DNA of 64,000 nt, taken from contig JBNRSN020000002.1 of NCBI GenBank assembly GCA_051313645.2, positions 7,812,001 to 7,876,000 on the forward strand, written 5' to 3'. Position numbers and translations under genes: made by a program. A model generated the notes under the pieces. The model was not told the origin of the DNA. It was given only the letters and a program-made list of their open reading frames with translations, and made no database searches. Every line of letters begins with the position of its first letter. The first letter of the stretch is position 1. This stretch comes from Centroscyllium fabricii. Taxonomy: Eukaryota. Of the stretch, positions 23,647 to 36,320 are shown in pieces.

Positions 23647-26616
23647 TACATAGATACATAGATGATAGGAGCAGGAGTAGGCCATTCGGCCCTTCGAGCC
23701 TGCTCCGCCATTCAATGAGATCATGGCTGATCCTTCAGTTCAGTATCCCGTCCCTGCCTTCTCTCCGTAACCTTTAACCCCTTTTGCCTGCAGAAATATA
23801 TCTAATTCCCTCTTAAATATATTCAATGAGCTGGCGTCCACTGCCCTCTGTGGTAGTGAGTTCCACAGGTTCACCACTCTCTGGGTGAAGAAATTCCTCC
23901 TCAGAATTTTATATGTTTCTATGAGATCCCCTCTCAATCTTCTAAACTCCAGTGTGTACATCCCCAAACTACATAGTCTCTCCTCATAGGTCATTCCTGG
24001 TATCAGCCTGGTGAATCGCCGCTGCACTCCTTCCATGGCAAGAACATCCTTCCTCAGATGAGGCGACCAAAACTGCACACAGTACTCGAGGTGTGGTCTC
24101 ACCAGTGCCCTGTACAGCTGTAGTAAGGTGTCCTTGTTCCTGTATTCTAACCCTTTTGATATGAAGGCCAGCATACCATTTGCCTTCCTGACCGCCTGTT
24201 GCACCTGCATGCTCGCCTTCAATGACTGGTGCACAAGAACACCCAGGTCTCTCTGTACTTCCCCATCTCCCAATCTATTGCCATTTAAATAATAATTTGC
24301 CCTCCCGTTTTTGCCCCCAAGGTGGATAACTTCACACTTATCCACATTATAGTGCATTTGCCATGTATCTGCCCAGTCCCCCAATTTGTCCAAATCGCTC
24401 TGGAGCTTCCTGATCCCCTCCTCTGAGCCTACCCCCCCTCCTAGTTTAGTGTCGTCTGCGAATTTGGAGATGCTGCATCCGATTCCCTGATCTAGGTCAT
24501 TAATATAAATTGTGAACAGCTGGGGACCCAGGACAGATCCCAGAGGTACCCCACTTGTTACTGCCTGCCATTCAGAAAATGAGCCGTTTATTCCAACTCT
24601 CTGTTTTCTATCTGCCAGCCAGTTCTCTATCCACGTCAATACTTTTCCCCTTATCCCATGAGCCTTGATTTTACATGCTAATCTTTTATGTGGGACCTTA
24701 TCGAAGGCTTTTTGGAAGTCCAGGTACACCACATCTACTGGCTCTCCCCCATCTATTTTACCAGTTACTTCCTCAAAGAATTCCAATAGATTCGTCAAGC
24801 ACGATTTACCTTTTGTAAATCCATGTTGACTCTGTCCTATCCTGTCCCCATTTGCCAAGTGCTCTGCTATTACATCCTTAATGATGGACTCTAATATTTT
24901 GCCCACCACCGATGTAAGGCTTACAGGTCTGTAATTACCCGCTTTTTCCCTACCCCCCTTTTTAAATAGTGGGGTAACGTTAGCTACCCTCCAATCCATG
25001 GGCACTGTTCCCGAGTCTATCGAATTCTGGAAAATTATCCTTAACGCATCTGCTATCTCTAGGGCCACCTCCTTGAGTACCCTAGGATGCATGTTATCAG
25101 GCCCTGGGGATTTGTCAGCCTTTAGTCCCTTTAGCTTCCCCAACACCATATCCTTAGAGATATTGATTTTTGTCAGTTCCTCCCTTGCAATTGTCCCTAT
25201 GGTTCCCGATATCTCAGGGAGGTTTTTTGTGTCTTCCCTTGTGAAGACAGACCCAAAATATGCATTTAATTGGTCTGCCATTTCCTTATTTCCCATTATA
25301 TATTCCCCAGAATCTGACTGTAATGGACCGACTTTGGATTTCACCAGTCTTTTCCTCTTAATATACTTGTAAAAGCTTTTGGAGTTAGTTTTTATGTTTG
25401 CCGCAAGCTTACTTTCGTACGCTATTTTTCCCCTCCTGATTAATCCCTTTGCCCTCCTTTGTTGTATCCTAAACTGTTCCCAATCTTCAGGTCTGGTGCT
25501 TTTTTTGGCTATTTTATATGCTCTTTCTTTGGATTTTATGCTGTCCCTAATTTCCCCTGTTATCCACGGTTGAGTCACCTTTTTAGATTTCTTTTTATGC
25601 CAGATTGGTATAAACAATTTCTGCAATTCTGCCATTCTGTCTTTAAATGCTTGCCATTGTTTATCCACCGCCAGTCCCCCCAGAAACGCTGCCCAATCAG
25701 ACTTACTTAATTCCCGTCTCATGGCATCATAATTCCCCTTATTTAAATTCAGGACCTTAGTCTCTGAGTCAGTTTCTTCGCTCTCCATTTCGAGTGAGAA
25801 TTCGATCATGTTATGATCGCTCTGACCCAAGGGTCCCCGTACAACCAGATTACTAATTAGTCCCTTCTCATTGCACAGTACCCAGTCCAAGATAGCCTGA
25901 TCCCGAGTTGGTTCCTCGACATATTGATCCAGATAACCATCCCTTAAACACTCAAGGAATTCCTCCTCCTCATTATTTTTACTAATTTGGCTCGTCCAAT
26001 CTATATGCAAGTTAAAGTCACCTATGATGACAGCTGAGCTCTTATTGCATGCTTCTCTAATTTCCCTTTTGATGCCCTCCCCTACCTCCATATTACTATT
26101 TGGAGGCCTATATACCACTCCTATTAACGTTTTTCGCCCCTTGCTATTTCTTAGTTCTACCCATATAGATTCCGTATTAACCGAGTTAATATCCTTCCTT
26201 TCAATTGCATTTATCCCCTCTTTTACCAGCAATGCTACCCCTCCTCCCTTTCTTTTTTGTCGATCCTTCCTAAATATTGAATACCCCTGTATGTTAAGTT
26301 CCCAGCCTTGCCCATCCTGCAGCCATGTTTCCGTAATCCCAATTAGATCATATTTGTTTACCTCTATTTCTGCTGCTAATTCATCTACCTTGTTCCTAAT
26401 GCTTCTTGCATTAAGGTATAAAGCCTTCAGGCTTGTTTTTTGCTCACACTTTTTATGAATTACTTTGGCCCTTTGTGTATTTTGTTTTTTGTTTCTCACC
26501 CTTTTACCATTTATTTCTGGCTGCATTTTGCTTTCCTCTTTTTCACTACATAGGTTCCTAGCCCCCTGCCATACTAGTTTAAATGCTCCCGAACTGCTTT
26601 ATCAAATATTACCCCG
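23647..26616 (-). mobile_element. CR1/HER1 LINE with near-complete ORF2 (APE endonuclease + RT, 928 aa, 23740-26526)
   Basis: LYLNARSI, ITETW, VYRPP, GDFN and SDH (EN), then YRPVSLTS, QHGF and FADD (RT). It has two small C-terminal deletions and no ORF1. It is inserted into a + strand CR1 with an AGAGA duplication. Confidence 0.95.
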
Positions 26617-27340
26617 AGAGACCTGGGCGTTCTTGTGCACCAGTCACTGAAGGTAAGCATGCAGGTGCAACAGGCGGTTAAGAAGGCAAATGGTATGTTG
26701 GCCTTCGTAGCGAGAGGGTTTGAATATAAGAACAAGGATGTCTTGCTGCAGCTCTACAGGACCTTGGTGAGACCACACCTCAAGTATTGTGTGCAGTTTT
26801 GGTCGCCTCATCTGAGGAAGGGCGTTCTTGCCATTGAAAGAGTGCAGCGAAGATTCACCAGGCTGATACCTGGGATGGCAGGAATGACTTATGGGGAGAG
26901 ATTGAGTCGATTGGGCCTATACTCGCTGGAGTTTAGAAGAATTAGAGGGGATCTCATCGAAACGTATAAAATTCTGACAGGTCTGGACAAACTAGATGCA
27001 GGAAGAATGTTCCTGATGGTCGGAGAGTCCAGAACCAGGGGTCACAGTCTAAGGATAAGAGGTAAGCCATTCAGTACAGAGATGAGGAAGAATTTCTTCA
27101 CCCAGAGAGTGGTGAACCTGTGGAATTCTCTACCACAGAATGTAGTTGAGGCCAAGTCTTTGAGTATATTCAAGAAGGAGTTGGATATATTTCTTAGAGC
27201 TAAAGGTATCAAGGGATGTGGGGAGAAGGCAGGTACGGGGTACTGAGTTTGGGTGATCAGCCATGATCTCATCGAATGGCGGAATAGGCACGAGGGGCCG
27301 AATGGCCTACTCCAGCTCCTATCTTCTATGTTTCTATGAT
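26617..27340 (+). mobile_element. CR1 3' fragment (continuation of 23590-23646)
   Basis: ORF 26635-27246 continues GDGEVQR|DLGVLVHQSLK across the nested insertion. Confidence 0.9.
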
Positions 27341-28190
27341 GCAACTAAGTGAGTTCTAGAATGATACAGCACAGCAGGCGGCCATTCGGCCCATCGTGCC
27401 TGTGCCGGCTCTGTGAAAGTGCGATCCAATTAGTCCCACCTCCCTACTCTTTCCCCACAGTCCTCCAAAATGTTCCTTTTTAAGTCGAGATCCAACTCCC
27501 TTTTGAAAGTTGCTATTGAATCTGCTTCCAACCCCCCTTTCAGGCAGCGCGTTCCAGATCACAACTCGGAGTGAAGAAAAAATGTCCTCACATCCTCCCT
27601 GGCTTTTTTACCAATTATTTTAGATCTGTGACTTGCTAGTCCACTTCATTGGGAAGTTAAGAATCAACCACATTGGTGCGGGACTGGAGTCACATATAGA
27701 CTAGACTGGGTAAGGACGGCAGCATTCCTTCCCGAAAAAGACGTCAGTGAATCAGTTGGGTTTTTACAACAATCCGACAGTTTCATGGTCACTTTTACTA
27801 AGACCAGCTTTTCATTTCCAGATTTTAAAAAAAAAACGGAGTTCAGGTTTTCAAACTGCCATGGTGGGATTTCAACTCACATTCTCTGGATTACAAGTCC
27901 AGTAATATAATCACTACACTTGTGGTTATGTTACTGCGACGTGTTGGAGGAAGTCCAGAGACCACCGGAAGCAGTGCGGCCAAGGAGCAGAACGGTCTTT
28001 TCCCTTAATCACTGAGAAAACCTTGTTGGAGTGCCAAGGCCCTCCGGTGCAGGACATCGCAGAGGTTTAAAAGAGCAAGGTTAGTATTGATTAGGCAACA
28101 CCAACTTCGGGTTGAATCATCCTGTAGGTTGACGGAGGAAGGGAAGGCTGATCAAAGTGCACAGTTGCCAGGTCCTGGGAAAGAATGAGT

Positions 28191-29017
28191 ATTCAATTCA
28201 ATTCAATTCAAGTTTTATTGTCATTGCAGAGTACTAGTACAATACAACGAGACGAAGACTTGACTCTCCCGAGAGTAGTGCAAATAAATTAAATAAATTA
28301 CATGCAAATTGCATACAGTAAAGTACATTATCAGGCGTGCAGGTACCGGAGTTTCTTTTTAGAGTTCAGGAGGCTGACAGCCCTGGGGAAGAAGCTGTTC
28401 TGAAATCTAGTCGTGCGGGTGCAAATTGCTCTGTAGCGTCTCCTGGAGGGCAGGGGGGCGAACAGACTGTGGCTGGGGTGTGTGGGGTCTTTAATAATGT
28501 TCAGAGACCTCCGTAAGCAGCGTTTGAGGTAGATGCTTTCCATTGACGGTAGCTGTGTACCGGTAATTCGTTGGGCAGTTTTGACTACCCGCTGCAGGGT
28601 TTTCCGGTCCGAGATCGTGCAATTACCATACCAGACAGTGATGCAGCTTGTCAGTATGCTTTCTATTGTGCAGCGGTAGAAGTTGGAGAGGATGCCGGAT
28701 GACAGCCTGGCTTTCTTCAGCTTCCTTAGGAAGTACAGGCGCTGTTGGGCCTTCTTAACCAGAGAGGAGGTGTTTAGTGACCAGGAGAGATCTTCCGAGA
28801 TGTGGACCCCGAGGAACTTGAAGCTGGACACCCTTTCCACCTCAGCCCCTTGGATGAAGATGGGGGTGTGTCTTCTGCTTCCAGTCCTCCGGAAGTCCAC
28901 TATGATCTCCTTGGTTTTCTTGGTGTTCAGTGCCAGGTTGTTGTCGGCACACCAACCCACAAGGCGCTGGATCTCATCCCTGTAGGCTGACTCGTCGTTG
29001 TTGGTGATCTGGCCAAC
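28191..29017 (-). mobile_element. Rex1/Babar LINE 3' fragment
   Basis: ITNNDESAYRDEI..WC.DNNL.LN..KTKE.IVDFR..FKFLGVHI. Near-identical to 4252-4865. Confidence 0.88.
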
Positions 29018-29053
29018 GAGTAGGGGTAGTTTCCATTGTTCTTGTGGTAGGTA

Positions 29054-29607
29054 CAGGTTGAGCACCATCAATCCGGCACGGTCGGGACCAGGACCGTGAC
29101 GAATTTTTGAAAACTCCGAATGATTGAAGTTCAGCGAGTGCATGCGCAGACCATTCAAAATGGCCACCGTGAAATTTTGAATGGTCTGCGCATGCGCTTG
29201 CCGAAGCATCAATCGTTCGGGGAGATGCCCGGGCATGCGCAGCCAAGCGCGGCGGCCATATTGCGCATGCGCAGACCAATCGGGGAGGCCCGGGCTTGCG
29301 CAGCCACGCGCGGTGGCCATTTTGCGCATGCGCAGAGCAGTCGGGCAGAGGCCTGGGCATGCGCAGCTAAGCGCGGCAGCCATTTTGCGCATGCACAGAC
29401 CTGTCGGGGAAAGGCCTGGGAATGCGCAGCCACGCGCGGAGGCCATTTTGCGCATGCGCAGACCAGTCGGGCCGTCGGGGAGAGGCCTGGGCATGCGCAG
29501 CCAAGCGCGGCGGCCGGTTTGCGCATGCGCGCACCAGTTGGCCAGATTCGTGCCGGACGTTTGAAGTTGCCGGACAAACGGTGTCCGGATTAACGGTGCT
29601 CAACCTG
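29054..29607. mobile_element. Tigger/pogo-like MITE with an internal ~60-bp GC-rich repeat
   Basis: TIR CAGGTTGAGCACC.T.AATCCGG, TA TSD. Confidence 0.9.
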
Positions 29608-30020
29608 TATAGGAGTACAAGGTGAAACAGCTATAGCAAGCTTTTAAACTCAACACTCCTTTTGCAATGGCTATAAAAGATAAGAACACACTGGAGCGAC
29701 TTGGGGACCTCTGATCTAGTCTTGAGCAGTCAAGACGACACGCTTTCGACTGCTTGAAGGAGTCCCTGGACTGAGATTATGATTGGCACCTACATCTCAT
29801 AGGCACTGCTTGCAAGGGGTTGTGCATTATTATTTCATTGACTTGATTTAACAAAGAGCACTAGCCAGATGTTTCAGTGCTTCCTAGTCCTCGAGGTAAG
29901 GGATGTATGACAACATCCTATAATACCCTCCACACAGTGGCACAAGGGATATATGACAATGCCCTATATAAACCCAGTGTTTATTAGTAATTTCCATGGA
30001 ATTCGAATGGTCCTCTAATG

Positions 30021-30331
30021 CAGCGGTCCCCAACCGCCGGTACCGGTCCGCTGGACATTTTGACCGGTCCGCGGAAGGGTCTGTGCCTTTTTTTAAAACC
30101 ACGCTTTTTTTGGACCGCTTCCGTCTGTGCCTCGGAAGACGTTTAACGAGGCACAGACGGAAGCGTCCAAAAACCCTTGCCAGCACCTCCCCCGGTCTGT
30201 GAAAAAACCTCCGCCAGCCCCCCCGCCCAGTCAAAAAAACTCAGCCAGCACCCGCCCCCCGCCCCCCCGGTCCGTGAAAAAATTGACTAGCCCAAAATGG
30301 TCCGCGGTCCCAAAAAGGTTGGGGACCCCTG
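30021..30331. mobile_element. hAT (Charlie-like) MITE
   Basis: TIR CAG(C/G)GGTCCCCAACC with a perfect 8-bp TSD CTCTAATG (30013-30020, 30332-30339). Confidence 0.92.
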
Positions 30332-30594
30332 CTCTAATGCCTGAAGTCAACTGTGGAAGGAGATTTATGACAGCTCTGACATAGATGTCTACACGTTGGG
30401 TAGACCTAGTCTGATCAATGACAGCATGGCTGAGAGTAAAGGGAAAATAAAAATTAAATAACAGGTGTTATACCACGAGTGATAGAACACAGCAGCACAT
30501 CGCCAATTCTGCACTCACGTTTATGATCACTGGTCCATCGGGTAGGTCAGTGAGAGTTCGACACTGGGCCATCAGTTGGTCTCGAATTCCAATC

Positions 30595-31055
30595 CAGCTC
30601 AGTGGATAGCACACTCACCTCTGAGTCAGAAGGTTGTGGGTTCAAGTCCCACTAACCCTAAGTATTACAAGTGTGGAGTCTCGTTCCATCAGCTGGTAAT
30701 TGTTGGAGAATTTTTAAAAGGTTACACTTTACATTTTCTTAACTTTTCTTTTCTGTCTCTTTTACTCTCTCTCTTTATCCAATCTTTCCTTCCCTCTCTT
30801 TATTTCTCTTTCTGTACCTGATTTGACAATAAATTGGAGCACTCCAGTGCAGTACTGAGGGAGTGCTGCAATGTCGGAGATGCCGTCTTTCGGATGAGAC
30901 CTTAAACCGAGGCCGGGTCTACTCTCTCAGGTGGATATAAAAGATCTTACGGCACTATTTGAAAGAAGAGCAGGGGAGTTATCCCCGTTGTCCAATCCAA
31001 TATTTATCCCTCAATCGACATCACTAAAACAGATTCTCTGATCACTATCACACTG
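30595..31055 (+). mobile_element. DeuSINE 5' part (3' part resumes at 32643-32790)
   Basis: Head and Deu core, split by a CR1 insertion. Confidence 0.75.
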
Positions 31056-31057
31056 TG

Positions 31058-32640
31058 AATGTAACACCCTTATTTTAAAGAGGCAGTAGACAGAAGGCTG
31101 GAAATTATAGACCGGTTAGCCTAACGTCTGTCGTGGGTAAAATTTTGGAGTCCGTTATTAAGGAGACAGTAACAGGACATTTGGATAAACTTAATTTAAT
31201 AGGACAAAGTCAGCATGGTTTTATGAAGGGGAAATCTTGTTTGACAAATCTGTTGGAGTTCTTTGAGGAAGTAACATATAGGGTGGATAAAGGGGAACCA
31301 GTGGACGTAGTGCATTTAGACTTTCAAAAGGCATTTGACAAGGTGCCACACAAAAGATTATTGCTTAAAATTAAAAATCACAGAAGTGGGGGTAATATTC
31401 CGGCATGGATAGAGGATTGGCTATCAAACAGAAAGCAGAGAGTTGGGATAAATGGGTCATTCTCAGACTGGCAATCGGTAACTAGTGGTGTTCCGCAGGG
31501 GTCAGTGCTGGGTCCTCAACTCTTGACAATTTATATTAACGATTTGGAGGAGGGGACCGAGTGTAACATATCAAAGTTTGCAGATGATACTAAGATGGGA
31601 GGGAAAGTGGCGAATGAGGAGGACATAAAGAACCTGCAGAGGGACATAGACAGGCTAAGTCAGTGGGCAGAGATTTGGCAGATGGAGTACAATACTGGAA
31701 AGTGTGAGGTTATGCACTTTGGCAGGAAAAATCGTACAGCGGATTATCTTCATGGCAAGAAACTGGAAAGTACTGTAGTACAAAGGGATCTGGGGGTCCT
31801 GGTGCACGAAACTCAAAAGGTTAGTATGCAGGTGCAGCAAGTAATTAAGAAGGCCAATGGAATATTGGCTTTCATTGCTAGGGGGATAGAATATAAAAAT
31901 AGGGAGGTATTGCTTCAGTTGTACAAGGTATTGGTGAGACCGCACTTGTAATACTGCATACAGTTTTGGTGTCCATACTTAAGTAAGGACATACTTGCTC
32001 TCGAGTCAGTACAAAGATGGTTCACTCGGTTAATCCCAGGGATGAGGGGTTGGACATATGAGGAGAGGTTGAGTAGATTGGGACTCTACTCATTGGAGTT
32101 CAGAAGAATGAGGGGAGATCTTATTGAAACATATAAGATTGTGAAGGGGTTGGATCGGGTGGACGCGGGGAAGATGTTTCCAATGATGGGTGAAACTAGA
32201 ACTTGGGGGCATAAACTTAGAATAAGGGGCTGCTCTTTCAAAACTGAGATGAGGAGAAACTACTTCACTCAGAGGGTGGTAGGTCCATGGAACATGCTGC
32301 CCCAAAAAGCTGTAGATGCTATTTCATTACATAAATTTAAAACAGAAATAGACAGTTTCCTAGTAGTAAAAGGGATTAAGGGTTACGGGGAGTGGGCAGG
32401 AATTTGGACATGAGTCTAGGTTCAGATCGGTCATGGCCCTGCGGGTAGTGGAGCGGGCCCAGGGACCGTGTAGCCTGATCCTGCTCCTATTTCCTGTGTC
32501 GAATTCTGTTAGATGCAGGAGATGCTTCTGTGATAGTAGGTTGGTTGTTAGGATCAGATCAGCCATGATCTTATTGAATGGCGGAGCAGGCTCGAGGGGC
32601 CGATTGGCCTACTCCTGCTCCTATTTCTTATGTTATGTTC
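31058..32640 (+). mobile_element. CR1 LINE fragment with a double 3' tail
   Basis: ORFs 31133-31951 and 32042-32413 with in-frame stops. A divergent tail at 32420-32495 precedes the standard tail at 32555-32640. Confidence 0.88.
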
Positions 32641-33029
32641 TTATTTGTGAGAGCTTGCTGTGCACAAATTGGCTGCCACGTTTCCTACATTACAACAGTG
32701 ACTACACTTCAAAAAATATTTCATTGGCTGTAAAGCGCTTTGGGACGTCCAGTGGTCATGAAAGGCGCTATATAAATTCAAGTCTTCTTTATTTCAAACT
32801 GATGGGATGAGCATCTCCTCTGTGCAAGTGTCCTTCGTCACATGACTTTAGCCAGTCTCAACAAAGATCCGGACAGGTGGCCCACAACATTAAACCAACT
32901 CGAAATTAGTGAACGGCACAAAGTTGGCAATCTCACTCCGGGGCCACAGATGGCTGGTGTAGGAAATGAAGAAAAGGCAGACTGGAGCGCAAAGGTGCTC
33001 TTCTGAGGTTGGTCCTGAGGTACATCATT

Positions 33030-35147
33030 GAGGCAGTGTAGAGAGAGTGTTGCTCTACATCTAACCTGCAACTGCTGAATGCAGCAGGATAGAGCGAGCT
33101 TAACTGTACCTAACCCGGGTTGCAGCTTTCCTGGGAGTGTTTGATGGGACAGTGTAATGGGAGCTTTACTCTGTATCTAACCCGTGCTGTACCTGCCCTG
33201 GTAGTGATTGATGGGACAGTGTAGAGGGAGCTTTACTCTGTATCTAACCCGTGCTGTACCTGCCCTGGGAGTGTTTGATGGGACAGTGTAGAGGGAGCTT
33301 TACTCTGTATCTAACCCGTGCTGTACCTGCCCCGGGAGTGATTGATGGGACAGTGTAGAGGGAGCTTTACTCTGTATCTAACCCGTGCTGTACCTGCCCT
33401 GGGAGTGTTTGATGGGACAGTGTAGAGGGAGCTTTACTCTGTATCTAACCCATGCTGTACCTGCCCCGGGAGTGATTGATGGGACAGTGTAGAGGGAGCT
33501 TTACTCTGCATCTAACCCGTGCTGTACCTGCCCTGGGAGTGTTTGATGGGACAGTGTAGAGGGATCTTTACTCTGTATCTAACCCGTGCTGTACCTGCCC
33601 TGGGAGTGTTTGATGGGACAGTGTAGAGGGAGCTTTACTCTGTATCTGACCCGTGCTGTACCTGCCCTGGGAGTGTTTGATGGGACAGTGTAGAGGGAGC
33701 TTTACTCTGTATCTAACCCGTGCTGTACCTGCCCTGGGAGTGTTTGATGGGACAGTGTAGAGTGAGCTTTACTCTGTATCTAACCCGTGCTGTACCTGTC
33801 CTGGGAATGTTTGATGGGACAGTGTAGAGTGAGCTTTACTCTGTAGCTAACCCGTGCTGTACCTGCCCTGGGAGTGTTTGATGGGACAGTGTAGGGGGAG
33901 CTTTACTCTGTATCTGACCCGTGCTGTACCTGCCTTGGGAATGTTTGATGGGACAGTGTAGAGGAGCTTTACTCTGTATCTAACCCGTGCTGTACGTGCC
34001 CTGGGAGTGTTTGATGGGACAGTGAAGAGGGAGCTTTACTCTGTATCTAACCCGTGCTGTACCTGCCCTGGGAGTGTTTGATGGGACAGTGTAGAGGGAG
34101 CTTTACTCTGTATCTAACCCGTGCTGTACCTGCCCTGGGAGTGTTTGGTGGGACAGTGTAGAGTGAGCTTTACTCTGTATCTAACCCGTGCTGTAGCTGC
34201 CCTGGGAGTGTTTGATGGGACAGTGTAGAGGGAGCTTTACTCTGTATCTAACCCGTGCTGTACCTGCCCTGGGAGTGTTTGATGGGACAGTGTAGAGTGA
34301 GCTTTACTCTGTATCTAACCCGTGCTGTACCTGCCCTGGGAGTGTTTGATGGGACAGTGTAGAGGGAGCTTTACTCTGTAGCTAACCCATGCTGTACCTG
34401 CCCTAGGAGTGTTTGATGGGACAGTGTAGAGGGAGCTTTACTCTGTATCTAACCCGTGCTGTACCTGCCCTGGGAGTGTTTGATGGGACAGTGTAGAGGG
34501 AGCTTTACTCTGTATCTAACCCCGTGCTGTACCTGCCCTGGGAGTGTTTGATGGGACAGTGTAGAGGAGCTTTACTCTGTATCTAACCCGTGCTGTACGT
34601 GCCCTGGGAGTGTTTGATGGGACAGTGAAGAGGGACCTTTACTCTGTATCTAACCCATGCTGTACGTGCCCTGGGAGTGTTTGATGGGACAGTGTAGAGG
34701 GAGCTTTACTCTGTATCTAACCCGTGCTGTACCTGCCCTGGGAGTGTTTGATGGGACAGTGTAGAGGGAGCTTTACTCTGTATCTAACCCGTGTTGTACC
34801 TGCCCTGGGAGTGTTTGATGGGACAGTGTAGAGGGAGCTTTACTCTGTATCTAACCCGTGCTGTACCTGCCCTGGGAGTGTTTGATGGGACATTGTAGAG
34901 GGAGCTTTACTCTGTATCTAACCTGTGTTGTACCTGCCCTGGGAGTGTTTGATGGGACAGTGTAGAGGGAGCTTTACTCTGTATCTAACCCGTGCTGTAC
35001 CTGCCCTGGGAGTGTTTGATGGGACAGTGTAGAGGGAGCTTTACTCTGTATCTAACCCGTGTTGTACCTGCCCTGGGAGTGTTTGATGGGACAGTGTAGA
35101 GGGAGCTTTACTCTGTATCTAACCCGTGCTGTACCTGCCCTGGGAGT
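33030..35147. repeat. 67-bp tandem satellite, ~30 copies
   Basis: Unit GGGAGTGTTTGATGGGACAGTGTAGAGGGAGCTTTACTCTGTATCTAACCCGTGCTGTACCTGCCCT (period 33401 to 33468). The left edge is degenerate. Confidence 0.98.
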
Positions 35148-35714
35148 GGTGACAGTAATACTGGGTGACTAAAATGAGCAAGTGAATCGGGCTAACATCC
35201 TCACTTTCAGAAATACAAAAATTATCACACAAAAAAGATTTTAAAAACGATTTAAAAAGAAAGGCTCGTGTATAAAGTAAAGAAAACAAATGAGCATTAA
35301 ACTAATAGAAAGTGCAGTGAAAGTTTTACGATCTCTGTGTTTTTGTATAAATCCCCTCTGCACGATATCTGTTTTCACTCCTTTCCCATGGCTTTTGAGC
35401 AAAGAAATTTAGAGGGAAAAAAAAGTTTGGCTCCTGTTTTTTTTAATGTGAAGCAAAAAAAAAAATCTTCTTTACATGCCTGCTGGCAGATGTAGTTCTC
35501 AACGCTGCCAGTTCCCTAAACCCACCATCTTAATCAGCATCACATAAAACTTAACACATGCTTTGAAATTTGTACCAGACTCCAAAAAAAAAAGACTTGG
35601 CCTCGAGGGTGTACTGCAAAAAAACCCGCACTGCATTGCAACTTCAGCTCCTGCTGCAATTATCTCTCAACTCTGGCTGAACCAGCTACAGACCCTGGCT
35701 GCCAAACAGACGAA

Positions 35715-35728
35715 AGGTCACCAGGTCA
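35715..35728 (+). promoter_or_regulatory. Perfect DR2 nuclear-receptor element (candidate RARE)
   Basis: AGGTCA-CC-AGGTCA in non-repetitive DNA. Function is not demonstrated. Confidence 0.4.
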
Positions 35729-35855
35729 GAGCAGCCAACTTGCGAGGTCCGACAGGCGAGCGTTCCGTTTAAAATAACATTTGGGATGAAGTGTATGCCT
35801 TAACTTACAGCGCTCGAGTACGTGAGCGCGAATGCGAGTGCATGCAAGTGAGTGA

Positions 35856-36320
35856 AAGAAAGACTTGCATTTACATGGTGCCTTTAACGACCACCGGACG
35901 TCCCAAAGCCCTCGACAGCCAATGAAGTACTTCTTGAAGTGTAGTCACTGTTGTAATGTGGGAAACGCGGCAGCCAATTTGCGCACAGCAAGCTCCCACA
36001 AACACCAATTTGATAATGGTCACATAATCTGTTTAAGTGATGTTGATTGAGGGATAAATATTGGCCAGGACACCATGGATAAATCACATGCTCTTCTTCG
36101 AAATAGTGCCATGGGATCTTTTACGTCCACCTGAGAGAGCAGACGGGGCTTCGGTTTAATGTCTTATCCGAAAGATGGCACCTCCGGCAGTGCAGCACTC
36201 CCTCAGTACTGCACTGTGAGTGTCAGCCTGGATTTTTGTGCTCAAGTCTCTGGAGTGGGACTTGAACCCACGGCCTTCTGACCCAGAGGTCAGAGTGATA
36301 CCCACTGAGCCACGCCTGAT
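35856..36320 (-). mobile_element. DeuSINE (SacSINE1-like), full length
   Basis: tRNA head, Deu domain and L2-type tail ending in tctttcttt. Confidence 0.88.

Noticed and set aside
28331-29494. 387-aa ORF as a novel fusion gene
   Set aside because: Chance read-through from a MITE into a truncated Rex1 fragment.
33030-35147. CRISPR-like array
   Set aside because: Head-to-tail identical units with no unique spacers, no cas genes and a vertebrate context.
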